Assembly: GCA_934169775.1 (NCBI GenBank) | Contig: CAKPOI010000004.1 | Location: forward strand, 13,853-77,852 | DNA length: 64,000 bases | Reading direction: 5' to 3' | Source: an uncultured Clostridia bacterium | GTDB lineage: Bacteria > Bacillota > Clostridia > TANB77 > CAG-508 | Shown here: positions 28,121 through 37,889 of the stretch, piece after piece | Numbering within the stretch: the stretch's first letter is position 1 | Layout: the number at the start of each line of letters is the position of its first letter | Notes under the pieces: model-generated | The model's database searches: none | What the model saw: only the letters and a program-made list of their open reading frames with translations | What the model was told of the DNA's origin: nothing | Program-made: the position numbers and the translations under genes

Positions 28121-28270
28121 AAGTATACACCTCTTTCTTATTTAATTTTCAATGTACGAATAAAATATATATATTTACTTTTTAGATATATTTTTTCTTA
28201 CCTCTTATATTTTACATTTATTCTTTCTAACTGTCAATACTTTTGTACGAACTCTATAAAAAAACTTTTC

Positions 28271-28299
28271 TTGACTTTATGACAACTTAGTGTTATTAT
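28271..28299 (+). promoter_or_regulatory. sigma-A-type promoter for the small membrane-protein gene
   Basis: TTGACT (28271-28276), 17 nt, TATTAT (28294-28299). Confidence 0.45.
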
Positions 28300-28336
28300 A
28301 TGTATATACAAACAATATGCTATGGAGGTATTTTTA

Positions 28337-28690
28337 ATGAAGAAAGAAAGTTTAGCAGCACTAATTTTTCGGATAATCATTACTGTTATGATGATTGAAA
28401 TTTTTAATTTTCTAGAAGTTCCTTTAAATCCTGATAACTGTCAATGCTATCAGGCTGTGCTAATTTATTTAGCTCTAAATGGACTTCTTGGTACTATTAA
28501 ATATGGTATTAATTTGAATTGCTTACCAGATTTTTTATCCGCATTGTTTGATATTATTTCTGCACTCATTATAGCTTTGGTTGCAATGAATAATTACCAT
28601 TGTATTAGTGCAATGGTAATTGCTGTCTTTACAATTTCTTTTGACTTAATGAGGATTAGACATTTTGCCTCATGTCACCTGCCTGAGTAA
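28337..28690 (+). CDS. small hypothetical membrane protein
   Basis: GGAGG lies 8 nt before ATG 28337. About 117 aa with 3-4 predicted TM helices. No recognisable family. Confidence 0.5.
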   Translation: MKKESLAALIFRIIITVMMIEIFNFLEVPLNPDNCQCYQAVLIYLALNGLLGTIKYGINLNCLPDFLSALFDIISALIIALVAMNNYHCISAMVIAVFTISFDLMRIRHFASCHLPE

Positions 28691-28733
28691 TTCGGGTAGG
28701 TGTTTTTTGTACTCAGGACAGATGAATGCTTTA

Positions 28734-28782
28734 GGGACGGAGGAAAAAACACTGCACAAGGTAGTGTTTTTTCCTCCGTCCC
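28734..28782. terminator. perfect 20-bp hairpin (bidirectional terminator) built from an inverted pair of the TCCGTCCC motif
   Basis: gggacggaggaaaaaacact-gcacaaggt-agtgttttttcctccgtccc, between the convergent genes 28337-28690 (+) and ileS (-). Confidence 0.7.
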
Positions 28783-28806
28783 CAAAGTAGTGTTTTTTAG
28801 GAATTT

Positions 28807-31800
28807 CTAAAGCACTTCTAAACAAATTTTTAAGTTTTCACCATTTATATTTGTATCAGTATATTCTTTATTAGGTTCATTATATATAATATTATCTGCT
28901 AATGTGTCATGTTTAATGTTTGCTTCAAATTTTTTGATTACTTCTTCTAGTTTTTCATTTTCTGATACATATAGGTTGATTCTATCTAAAACTTCAAATC
29001 CACTGTCTTTTCTCATGTTTTGAACTTTTGACAAAATTTCTCTTACATATCCTTCTTCTTTTAGCTCTGGAGTTATGTGTGTATCTAATACAACACCCAT
29101 TTCTCCTTCTCCACTAAATGCAAATCCTTCTTTTCCATGCATTGTTATCAATAAATTGTTTGCATCTAGACCTATTTCAGTTCCGTCTATTTCTATATAT
29201 TCAACTTTTCCTGCTTTTACTGTTGTTGCTAATTCCATTTGATTTTTCTTTGCTATTTCTTCTTTAATTTTTGGAATTAACTTTCCGTATTCTTTTCCTA
29301 AAACTGGTAAGTTTGGCTTGATTTCAAAGTTTACATAGTCTGACATTTCTGCACCTAGTTCTATTTTCTTTACATTCAATTCTTCTTTTACTATATGTGC
29401 ATAATATTCTGGTAATGTATCTACTGATATTAGCATTTCTGATAGTGGTTGTCTGTTTTTGATATTTGCTGCATTTCTTGCACTTCTTCCTAGTTTTACT
29501 ATTTTATATGCTAAATCCATTTCTTTTTCTAGTTTTTTGTCAATTGCTGATTCTTCTACTTCTGGCCATAAACATAAGTGTACACTTTCTGGAGCTATTT
29601 TGTCTAATCCTACTACTAGATTTTGATATATTTCTTCTGCCATAAATGGTACAAATGGTGCTATTACTTTGCTTAGATTTGTTAGTACTTTATATAGTGT
29701 TACATATGCTCCTATTTTTTCGTCATTTAATTCTTGTGCCCAGAATCTTTCTCTGTTTCTACGTACATACCAGTTTGATAATGTGTCTGTAAATTCTTCT
29801 ATTTGTAAGGCTGCTGCTGTTATGTTATATTCGTTTAATTTGTCGTCTACTTCTTTTATTAATGTGTTTAATTTTGAAATTATCCATTTATCCATTATAT
29901 TTGTTATTTTGTAATCTGCATATTCTAATGGATTGAATTTATCTATTTCTGCATATAATACATAGAATGAGTATACATTCCATAATGTGCTTAAAAATCC
30001 TCTTTGTGTTTCTTGTACATTGTTTATTCCTAGTCTTGTTGGTAGCCATGGTGCACTTACTGTGTAGAAATGCCATCTTGTAGCATCTGCTCCCACTGTG
30101 TCTAGTAGTGTCATTGGGTCTACACCATTTCCTTTTGATTTTGACATTTTTTGTCCATGTTCGTCTAATACATGTCCTAATACTATACAGTTTTCAAATG
30201 GTGTTCTTCCAAATAATGCTGTTCCTATTGCTGTAAGTGTATAGAACCATCCTCTTGTTTGGTCTACTGCTTCTGATATAAATCCTGCTGGGAAATTGTT
30301 GTCAAACATTTCTTTATTTTCAAATGGGTAGTGCCATTGTGCAAAAGGCATTGAACCTGAGTCAAACCAGCAGTCTATTACTTCTTTTGCTCTTTTCATT
30401 TTTTTACCACATTTTGGACATTTTAGATATACATTGTCTATATATGGTTTGTGTAATTCTATATCTTCTGGGCAGTCTATCGCTTTTTCTTTTAATTCGT
30501 CTATACTTCCTATACATTCTTGATGTCCACATTCTTCATCTTCACATGTCCATACTGGCAATGGTGTTCCCCAATATCTATCTCTTGAAATTCCCCAATC
30601 TATTACATTTTCCAAGAATTTTCCGAATCTTCCTGTTCTTATTGTGTCTGGATACCAATTTACTTTGTTGTTATTTGCTACTAATTCGTCACGAAGCTTG
30701 CTCATTGCAACAAACCAACTTTCTTTTGGATAATATAATAATGGTGTATCACATCTCCAGCAATGTGGATATGAGTGCATGTGTTTTTCTTTGCTAAATA
30801 GTTTGTTTTCGTTTGCTAACCATTTGCATATATCTTCATTGCAGTCACGTACAAATTTTCCTGCCCATGGTTCTACTTCTGGTACAAATTTTCCTGATTT
30901 ATCTACTAAATTTACAAATGCTATTCCATTTTGTTTTGCAACTAAGCTGTCATCTTCTCCATATGCTGGTGCTATATGTACTATTCCTGTTCCGTCTGTT
31001 AATGTTACATAATCTCCATGAATCACTTCAAATGCTTTTCCTTCTACTTTTGCAAAAGGCATTAATTGCTCATATTTTGTTCCTAGCAAATCTTCACCTT
31101 TAAATTCTTTTATCACTTCATATTTTTTGTCTTTTAATATTGTTGGTATTAAGTCTTTTGCTAATATATATGTTTCTGTTTTGCTTTCTTCTTCATTTTT
31201 ACTTACATCTACTTTTACTTCTGCATACATGTATGATTTGTTTACACATAATGCTAAGTTTGATGGTAATGTCCATGGTGTTGTTGTCCATGCTAATATA
31301 TATGTATTTTCTGGTATTTCTTCCCCAGCTATTTTTTGTCCTTCTTTTACTTTGAATTTTGCTATACATGTTAGATCTTTTACATCTTTGTATCCTTGTG
31401 CTACTTCGTGTGATGATAATGCTGTTCCACATCTTGGGCAATATGGCATTACTTTGTGTCCTTCATATAATAAGCCTTTTTCCCACATTTGCTTTAATGC
31501 CCACCATACTGATTCTATATAATCATTATGATATGTTACATATGGATTTTCCATGTCTACCCAATATCCTACTTTGTTTGTCATTTCTTCCCACATGTGT
31601 ACATATGTGAATACACTTTCTTTGCATTGCTTTACGAATTTTTCTACTCCATATTCTTCTATTTGTTCTTTTCCTGATATTCCTAGTTTCTTTTCTATTT
31701 CTAGTTCTACTGGTAATCCATGTGTATCCCATCCTGCTTTACGGATTACTTTGTATCCTTTCATTACTTTGTATCTTGGGATTATGTCTTTCATTACTCT

Positions 31801-31983
31801 TGTTTCGATATGTCCTACGTGTGGCTTTCCATTTGCTGTTGGTGGCCCATCATAAAATGTGAAATATCTTTTTCCTTCGTTCATGTTGAAGTTTTTGTGA
31901 ATTATGTCTTTTTCTTTCCATAATTCTGCTACATCCCTTTCCATTCCTACAAATCCGTTTTTTAATTCTACTTTTTTATACAT
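28807..31983 (-). CDS. ileS: isoleucine--tRNA ligase (long, type-2-like form)
   Basis: HIGH-region [17 protein letters not shown] motif KMSKSKGN and CP1 editing domain. Start at ATG 31983 ([11 protein letters not shown]) behind AAGGGGGA, rather than the track start 32037. A T-box leader lies upstream. Confidence 0.95.
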   Translation of the reverse strand: MYKKVELKNGFVGMERDVAELWKEKDIIHKNFNMNEGKRYFTFYDGPPTANGKPHVGHIETRVMKDIIPRYKVMKGYKVIRKAGWDTHGLPVELEIEKKLGISGKEQIEEYGVEKFVKQCKESVFTYVHMWEEMTNKVGYWVDMENPYVTYHNDYIESVWWALKQMWEKGLLYEGHKVMPYCPRCGTALSSHEVAQGYKDVKDLTCIAKFKVKEGQKIAGEEIPENTYILAWTTTPWTLPSNLALCVNKSYMYAEVKVDVSKNEEESKTETYILAKDLIPTILKDKKYEVIKEFKGEDLLGTKYEQLMPFAKVEGKAFEVIHGDYVTLTDGTGIVHIAPAYGEDDSLVAKQNGIAFVNLVDKSGKFVPEVEPWAGKFVRDCNEDICKWLANENKLFSKEKHMHSYPHCWRCDTPLLYYPKESWFVAMSKLRDELVANNNKVNWYPDTIRTGRFGKFLENVIDWGISRDRYWGTPLPVWTCEDEECGHQECIGSIDELKEKAIDCPEDIELHKPYIDNVYLKCPKCGKKMKRAKEVIDCWFDSGSMPFAQWHYPFENKEMFDNNFPAGFISEAVDQTRGWFYTLTAIGTALFGRTPFENCIVLGHVLDEHGQKMSKSKGNGVDPMTLLDTVGADATRWHFYTVSAPWLPTRLGINNVQETQRGFLSTLWNVYSFYVLYAEIDKFNPLEYADYKITNIMDKWIISKLNTLIKEVDDKLNEYNITAAALQIEEFTDTLSNWYVRRNRERFWAQELNDEKIGAYVTLYKVLTNLSKVIAPFVPFMAEEIYQNLVVGLDKIAPESVHLCLWPEVEESAIDKKLEKEMDLAYKIVKLGRSARNAANIKNRQPLSEMLISVDTLPEYYAHIVKEELNVKKIELGAEMSDYVNFEIKPNLPVLGKEYGKLIPKIKEEIAKKNQMELATTVKAGKVEYIEIDGTEIGLDANNLLITMHGKEGFAFSGEGEMGVVLDTHITPELKEEGYVREILSKVQNMRKDSGFEVLDRINLYVSENEKLEEVIKKFEANIKHDTLADNIIYNEPNKEYTDTNINGENLKICLEVL

Positions 31984-32082
31984 AGAAATTCCCCCTTTTT
32001 CTTGTACTTTTACTTTTTTTTGATATCTTTTGCTCATACCTTTGCTTGTTCTAAAATTTGTTTTTACAAATTTTTTAGTTGT

Positions 32083-32155
32083 TTTATATTATAGGAAGTT
32101 TGGATAACTTTCTTTTGAAAATAAAATATTTTCACTTTATATTGCGAAACTAAAA
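32083..32155. repeat. 64-nt module shared with the glmM leader (copy 1), between the T-box terminator and ileS
   Basis: ttttatattataggaagtttggataactttcttttgaaaataaaatattttcactttatattgc versus 35317-35380 at about 85 percent identity. It contains the palindrome TGAAAATA-TTT-TATTTTCA and, on the minus strand, TATAAT. Confidence 0.75.
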
Positions 32156-32183
32156 AGTTTCATATTGTTTCCTATAATATGAC

Positions 32184-32430
32184 AAAAAAGCTATTGCATC
32201 CATATAGGACGAAATAGCTTTACTTCCGCGGTACCACCTAATTTAATAATCTATCTTTTTGTTGATTATTCTCTCTTTGTTCTTTAACGCAGATTTACGT
32301 CTTTACTTATTTTCTTTTGATTTCAGTAAAGAAACATAAGGTGATAACATGTTATTTTTACTTACCAAATTTTCAGCTTCCTTTGGCTCTCTTTTAGATA
32401 TTACATAATATGTGTTGTCCTTATTGTGTT
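32184..32430 (-). promoter_or_regulatory. T-box riboswitch leader (Ile specifier) of ileS
   Basis: Minus strand has stem I base ATAAGG/CCTTAT with specifier AUC followed by A (32345-32342), the AGAGAG..GGAAGCUGAAA distal elements, the T-box sequence AGGUGGUACCGCG (32238-32227), and a terminator AAAGCUAUU..AAUAGCUUUUUUG (32221-32184). Confidence 0.85.
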
Positions 32431-32457
32431 TTTTCTTATTTTTCTTTTAATGGTAAC

Positions 32458-32485
32458 ATTATATCACATTTTTTTGGTTTTTCAA
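32458..32485 (-). promoter_or_regulatory. sigma-A promoter upstream of the T-box leader
   Basis: Minus strand TTGAAA (32485-32480), 16 nt, TATAAT (32463-32458). Confidence 0.5.
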
Positions 32486-32732
32486 GGGATTTTTATATTT
32501 TTTTCTTACAGCTTGTTAGTTTTTACATTTTTTGGTGATTTTTTGCTTTTTATATTGTATTTCTTGGTATAATAATATTTCTGTGTTGCTATATTCTAAT
32601 TTTTTATTTCTACTTATGGTTTTATTTTTTTCTACTACTTTTTTTGCATAAAAAAATTATAATTTCACATATTAAATTTATAATAACTTTTAAAAGATTT
32701 TATTTCAGCTGATTCTGTACTTGTAGGAAGGA

Positions 32733-33425
32733 ATGGTATTAAATATGAATCAAATTTTAATGAGTAATAATGATGATAAAAATAATTATGCAGAAAATTT
32801 TGATGAAGATATAAAGAATAAGGTTTCTTTAAAATATAATGCAAAAAGGCTAAAATATATTTTTGCTTTTTCAATTTGTTTTGTGTTTATACTTCTTTCT
32901 TTTTTTGTGTATCATTTATTTATGTTAAATGGAAATAAAAAAAATAGTAATCTTATTGCTTATAATTATAAGACTTTAAAATTATATGCTAATGATTCTA
33001 TTTTTATGGATTATAAAGATTTGTCTGATAAAAATTATTATTCTGAGAAATTTGTTATTGGTGAGATCAAGATTCCTAGTATTGATATTTCTTATCCTAT
33101 TTTTTCTGTGCTTGATGATGAGACTTTAAAAGTTTCTCCTTGTATTTTTTATGGTAAAATGCCTCCTGAAAAGTCTAATTTATGCATTGCTGGGCATAAT
33201 TATAATAATAGCTCTTTTTTTGGTAATATTTACAAATTAAAAAAAGAAGATAAAATCTATATTTATGATAATAAAAATCATGAATATGTTTACTCTGTTT
33301 TTGCTAATTATGAAGTAAAAACAGATGATTTATCTCCTATTTTTTATAATAATTTTAGTGAATTAACTTTAGTTACTTGTAATAATTTTAATAATAATCG
33401 TATCATTATTAAAGCAAGTTTGTAA
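32733..33425 (+). CDS. sortase family transpeptidase
   Basis: N-terminal TM anchor, catalytic His (LCIAGHNY), TLVTC Cys motif and a downstream Arg (NNRIIIKA). An alternative start is at ATG 32745. Confidence 0.85.
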   Translation: MVLNMNQILMSNNDDKNNYAENFDEDIKNKVSLKYNAKRLKYIFAFSICFVFILLSFFVYHLFMLNGNKKNSNLIAYNYKTLKLYANDSIFMDYKDLSDKNYYSEKFVIGEIKIPSIDISYPIFSVLDDETLKVSPCIFYGKMPPEKSNLCIAGHNYNNSSFFGNIYKLKKEDKIYIYDNKNHEYVYSVFANYEVKTDDLSPIFYNNFSELTLVTCNNFNNNRIIIKASL

Positions 33426-33445
33426 TTTTAGAAGTATGTAATATT

Positions 33446-33784
33446 TTACATCTTTTTCCATAGCCACTCCATGCTGTCATCTACACTTTTTATACCTTTT
33501 TCTTTTGCTTCTATATCATCTACCCATAAGTATCCAAAAAAAGATATTCCTACAAATATGAAATCTATAGCTAGGCATCTTGATAATACTGGTAGTAAAT
33601 CTTGATATTCTTTTGGTAATACAAACATATGTATACCATGAATAATCAATAGTACTAAACATGCAAATAATGGTATTGCTGCTATATAACTTTTCTTTAA
33701 TTCTTGTGATAAAAATATTAATAAAATAACTATAACCAACATTAATACTAGTGTTAGTGGATTTGATATATCAAAAACAAACAT
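33446..33784 (-). CDS. small hypothetical membrane protein
   Basis: 112-aa ORF with three predicted TM helices. No family recognised. Confidence 0.5.
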   Translation of the reverse strand: MFVFDISNPLTLVLMLVIVILLIFLSQELKKSYIAAIPLFACLVLLIIHGIHMFVLPKEYQDLLPVLSRCLAIDFIFVGISFFGYLWVDDIEAKEKGIKSVDDSMEWLWKKM

Positions 33785-33923
33785 TATAAAATATCCCCTT
33801 TCTCTTTCGTTTCTTTACTATTTACACTATAACATTTTTTATTCTTTCATTCAAGTAGTTTTTGTTTACATTTTGGTTTCATTATTGTTTCAAAATAATT
33901 ACATTAGAATTTTTTATGTATTT

Positions 33924-35288
33924 TTACATCATATTTTTTTCTATTAATTGTGCCATTTCTTTTGCTTTTTTAGTTATGTCTTGCTGATTTTCTCCTTCTA
34001 TCATTACTCTTACTAGTGGCTCTGTTCCAGATGGTCTTATTAAAATTCTTCCATTTCCTGCAAATTCTTTTTCTAGTTCTTTTATTGCTTTTTGAATTTC
34101 TTGGTTTTTGTTGTAATCATATTTCTTTTCTGAATTTACTTTAGCATTTACCAATACTTGTGGATATAGTTTTATTATTTCTGCTAATTCTGAGGCTTTT
34201 TTGTTTGATTCTAGTACTGCTTGAATTAGCATTATTGATGTTAATATTCCATCTCCTGTAGGATTATAATCTAATAAAATAATATGTCCTGATTGTTCTC
34301 CTCCTAAATTGTATTCATTTTTTAGCATTTCTTCTAATACATATCTGTCTCCTACTTGAGTTTGTTCTAAATTTAATCCATTTTTTTCTGCATATTTGTG
34401 TAATCCCAGATTGCTCATTACTGTTGCTACTATTGTATCTTTTGATAGTTTTCCTTTTTCTTTTAAATAATTAGAAATTATTGCCATGATTTTGTCACCA
34501 TCAATTAGATTTCCTTTTTCGTCAACAGCTAAACATCTATCTCCATCTCCATCATATGCAAATCCCATACTTAATTTGTTTTCTACAACATATTTTTGTA
34601 GAAATTCTATATGTGTTGAACCACATTTGTCATTTATGTTTATTCCATTTGGGTTGTTGTTTATTATTTTGTATCTTATTCCTAATGATGTGAATATTTT
34701 TTCTGCTACTTTATATGTTGCTCCATTTGCTGTGTCTATGCCTATTACAAAGTCTTCTTTGTTTATTTTATCCATGTTTGTGTCAAAGTTTTTTCTAAAA
34801 AAATATACATATTCATCTATTAAATCTTCACAGTTTTCATATACTCCAATTTTGTCTCTTACTGCTGTTAGTTCTTCAATTTTTCCTGATTCCATTACTT
34901 CTTCAATTTCTTCTTCTAATGAATCTGGTATTTTCATTCCTTTGTTACTAAAGAATTTTATTCCATTAAATTCAAATGTGTTGTGTGATGCTGATATTAC
35001 AACACTTGCATCTGCTTTTAGTTTTCTTGTTAGATATGCTACAGCTGGTGTTGGTATTACACCTAATAATTTTACATTTGCTCCATAACTTAAAAATCCT
35101 GCTACCATTGCACTTTCTATTAGTGTTCCTGATAATCTTGTGTCTCTTCCTATTAAAATTGTTGGTACATGGTCTGTGTGTTTTGATAATACATATGCTC
35201 CTGATTTTGCAACTTTATATACCAATTCTGGTGTTAATTCTGTGTTGGCTATTCTTCTGATTCCATCTGTTCCAAAATATTTTCTCAT
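33924..35288 (-). CDS. glmM: phosphoglucosamine mutase
   Basis: MRKYFGTDGIRR start, active-site SASHN and GDGDR motifs. Start at ATG 35288 behind AAGGGAA (track start 35306). Confidence 0.93.
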   Translation of the reverse strand: MRKYFGTDGIRRIANTELTPELVYKVAKSGAYVLSKHTDHVPTILIGRDTRLSGTLIESAMVAGFLSYGANVKLLGVIPTPAVAYLTRKLKADASVVISASHNTFEFNGIKFFSNKGMKIPDSLEEEIEEVMESGKIEELTAVRDKIGVYENCEDLIDEYVYFFRKNFDTNMDKINKEDFVIGIDTANGATYKVAEKIFTSLGIRYKIINNNPNGININDKCGSTHIEFLQKYVVENKLSMGFAYDGDGDRCLAVDEKGNLIDGDKIMAIISNYLKEKGKLSKDTIVATVMSNLGLHKYAEKNGLNLEQTQVGDRYVLEEMLKNEYNLGGEQSGHIILLDYNPTGDGILTSIMLIQAVLESNKKASELAEIIKLYPQVLVNAKVNSEKKYDYNKNQEIQKAIKELEKEFAGNGRILIRPSGTEPLVRVMIEGENQQDITKKAKEMAQLIEKNMM

Positions 35289-35316
35289 ATAACTCATTCC
35301 CTTCATGACATCCTTT

Positions 35317-35380
35317 TTTTATATATTAGGACAGTTGCATAACTTTCTTTTGAAAATAAAATATTTTTACTTTGTGTTGC
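35317..35380. repeat. 64-nt module shared with the ileS leader (copy 2), immediately upstream of glmM
   Basis: ttttatatattaggacagttgcataactttcttttgaaaataaaatatttttactttgtgttgc. Confidence 0.75.
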
Positions 35381-35389
35381 TTTATTTTT

Positions 35390-36175
35390 CTAGTAACTTC
35401 TTATATACATTTTTATTTTTTCTTTAAATGATAGTTTTGATTCATATGGTCTATCTATTTCTATCTTTTTGTTTGCTAATGCTAATTTTGGATTTTTTGT
35501 TGTTAGTTCTTCTACTTTGTCTTTGCCTATTATTCCTTCTATTTCTGCTAGTGCTTCTCTCATTTTTGGATATATTGTTCCTTGTCTATGTACATCACTT
35601 CCTAAAAAATGTATAGAGTGGTTTTCTAGAAGTTTTCTTACTATTAGTTGTGATTTTCTTCCATATTGTCCTAATATGCTTCCATAGTTTGCTTGCATAT
35701 AACATCCTTTTTCTATTAATTCATATACAAATTCTGGCTCCTTTTGGATAAATTCATATCTCTCTGGATGTGCTATTACTGGTATTAGTTTATTCTCTTG
35801 TAATGAATATATGACTTGATATAAATTCATTGGCTCTTCATCTAATGGTAAGTCTATTAGTACATAACATGTATTGTTTATTGTTGATGCTTTTCCTTTT
35901 TCTAATAATTCCATCATGTTATCTGTTATATATATCTCATTTGCTAAATATATTTTTATATCTATTCCTTTTGATCTTAAGTTTTCTGTTATTGCATTTA
36001 CCCACATTTCTCTTTCTGGTGTGTCTGTTTCGTAATATCCTTCTTTGTAATGTGAAGTTAATACTATTCCTTCAAATCCTGCTTCTTTTGCTTCTTTTAT
36101 TAGATTGATTGTTTCTTCTATATTTCTAGATCCGTTGTCTATGTTTGGTAATATATGTGTATGAAAATCTATCAT
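35390..36175 (-). CDS. CpsB/YwqE-type PHP-domain protein-tyrosine phosphatase
   Basis: MIDFHTHILPNIDNGS start, with ..LTSHY.., ..IAHPERY.. and ..GSDVHR.. metal-binding motifs. Confidence 0.88.
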   Translation of the reverse strand: MIDFHTHILPNIDNGSRNIEETINLIKEAKEAGFEGIVLTSHYKEGYYETDTPEREMWVNAITENLRSKGIDIKIYLANEIYITDNMMELLEKGKASTINNTCYVLIDLPLDEEPMNLYQVIYSLQENKLIPVIAHPERYEFIQKEPEFVYELIEKGCYMQANYGSILGQYGRKSQLIVRKLLENHSIHFLGSDVHRQGTIYPKMREALAEIEGIIGKDKVEELTTKNPKLALANKKIEIDRPYESKLSFKEKIKMYIRSY

Positions 36176-36270
36176 CTTTGGTCTTCCCTTTCTTCTTTCT
36201 TTTAATGTTACCGTTATAGTATATATGTTTGAAAAAATTTTTTCAATACTTTTTTGAAATTTTTTGAGTG

Positions 36271-36335
36271 TTTTTGGAACCGGACTTAAAAAGTGTCATC
36301 TAATTTTGGCTCAATGACTTGGAGACGAAGCAAAA
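36271..36335 (-). repeat. bipartite copy of the TCCG-N-CCCCAAAAG element (reverse orientation)
   Basis: tttttggaaccggacttaaaaag (36271-36293) and ttggagacgaagcaaaaa (36319-36335). The reverse complement aligns along about 70 nt with 42978-43040. Confidence 0.7.
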
Positions 36336-36515
36336 ATTATTAATTTCTTCTTCAAAAACATTGCTTTGTGTTAAAATTTTAGTTTATTTTTCACTTTTTT
36401 TATGCTATAATTATTTTAGAAACTCATAAGATAAAAGGTACATTAAATTTTCTAAATAATTTATTACTTAAAATTTATTTAAGCTATTCTGTGCCTTTGG
36501 AAAGGATCCTCAATT

Positions 36516-37052
36516 ATGGATAATTTGTTAGTTAAAATTGAAAATGACAAAGATTTTATGAATATTATTAGTGATATAATTGAAAATAAAACAGTACAAG
36601 AAATGAAAAATTATAGACAACATTACCAGACTTCATGTTTTGAACATTGTTTAATTGCTTCTTATTTTTGCTATTTGTATTGTAAAAAACATCATTTAGA
36701 TTATTTTTCTTGCACTAGAGCTGCTATGCTTCATGATCTTTTTTTGTATGATTGGAGAAAGCGTCTTAATGGGAGAAAGGGCTTACATGCTTTTACTCAT
36801 CCTATTACCGCTTATGAAAATGCTAGTAAATTGTTTAATTTGAATGATAAGGAAAAAGATATTATTTTAAAACATATGTGGCCTGTTACTTTTTTTCGTT
36901 TTCCTAAATATAAAGAGAGTTTTGTTTTGACTTTTGTGGATAAACGATGTGCTTTAAATGAGGCTGCTTTTCAGCTTCGTAAAAAATTTAGTAATAAAAA
37001 AATTCTTCGTTTTGCTTATTTGTTTTTTGGTTTGTTTATTTTGAAATTGTAA
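36516..37052 (+). CDS. HD-domain phosphohydrolase-like protein
   Basis: 178-aa ORF with H..HCLIASY and AAMLHDLFLYDW (HD doublet) motifs. The C-terminus is hydrophobic. Confidence 0.75.
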   Translation: MDNLLVKIENDKDFMNIISDIIENKTVQEMKNYRQHYQTSCFEHCLIASYFCYLYCKKHHLDYFSCTRAAMLHDLFLYDWRKRLNGRKGLHAFTHPITAYENASKLFNLNDKEKDIILKHMWPVTFFRFPKYKESFVLTFVDKRCALNEAAFQLRKKFSNKKILRFAYLFFGLFILKL

Positions 37053-37080
37053 CTTTGAAAATTAATCAATTATTTTCCAA

Positions 37081-37139
37081 AAAAACTAATAGGGTTATAA
37101 TAAAAATTATTATATTCCTATTAGTTTTTATTAACTTTT
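37081..37139. terminator. bidirectional terminator between convergent genes
   Basis: aaaaactaatagg..loop..cctattagttttt, with an A run before and a T run after. Confidence 0.65.
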
Positions 37140-37148
37140 TATTCTTTT

Positions 37149-37889
37149 TTAATTTTTCAATATTAATTCAAAGTTATAATCACATATAAAAAACACACTT
37201 GTATTCAATACATAAATTTGTTTTTCATTTAGTAATAAATTATTTTGAATATCTAATACATCAAACTCATTTATTGAATTATATATTTCTTTTATTGATT
37301 TTAAATCTTCCAAATTGCTAGTTATATAATTCGCCTTTTTTATATTACTAATTATAATCTCATTAAAAACATCTTTAGTAAATTTATTGATTTTTGTGAT
37401 TTTTGCTTCTTTTCCCACTATTTCTTTATATTTTCCTTTTTTCACTAATTCAAAATCAACTTTTCTTTTTATATATTCCTCATCTGGAAAACTCTTAAAA
37501 TGCTTATAAGGTTCTAACATCGGATAATTTATATACAATTTTCCATTTTCTGTACTTTCTGAAAAATAATCTAACATAAGTTTTATTCTTTCTTCACTAT
37601 ATCTATTATCCTGTGGGTCATAATCAAAAATTAGTATAATATCTGAAAATTTTTCATCTAAAATTGGATTATCCGAATCTTTTTCTTTTAGTTTTTGCAA
37701 TAAATCAATAGAATCCATTTCATCTTCATTTCCTAAAAAGACTTTTTCATATAACTCATATATATTAGTTCCATACACATAAATTTCTCGTTCCACTTTT
37801 ACTTTGTACTCTTGCAATAGCTTTTCTACCAACTCTACTTCTCTTTTTGCACCTTCAACTATTAATAATATTTTTGTTTTATTAGCCAT
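37149..37889 (-). CDS. RloB/DUF4276-like (Toprim-like) protein, partner of the upstream AAA ATPase
   Basis: ILLIVEGAKREVELVEKLL (conserved Glu), ILIFDYDPQD (DxD-like) and LYINYPMLEPY follow the E...DxD...Toprim-like pattern of RloB/DUF4276 proteins. ATG 37889 overlaps the ATPase stop by 8 nt (ATGGCTAA). The track start is GTG 37901. Confidence 0.65.
   Translation of the reverse strand: MANKTKILLIVEGAKREVELVEKLLQEYKVKVEREIYVYGTNIYELYEKVFLGNEDEMDSIDLLQKLKEKDSDNPILDEKFSDIILIFDYDPQDNRYSEERIKLMLDYFSESTENGKLYINYPMLEPYKHFKSFPDEEYIKRKVDFELVKKGKYKEIVGKEAKITKINKFTKDVFNEIIISNIKKANYITSNLEDLKSIKEIYNSINEFDVLDIQNNLLLNEKQIYVLNTSVFFICDYNFELILKN

Noticed and set aside
31199-31732. Minus-strand ORFs 31199-31441 and 31526-31732 inside ileS, and likewise 49218-49442 inside glf and 41057-41266 inside the flippase gene.
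   Set aside because: They are out-of-frame with the conserved host genes. Their products are R/K/S-rich strings typical of shifted frames of A-rich coding sequence.
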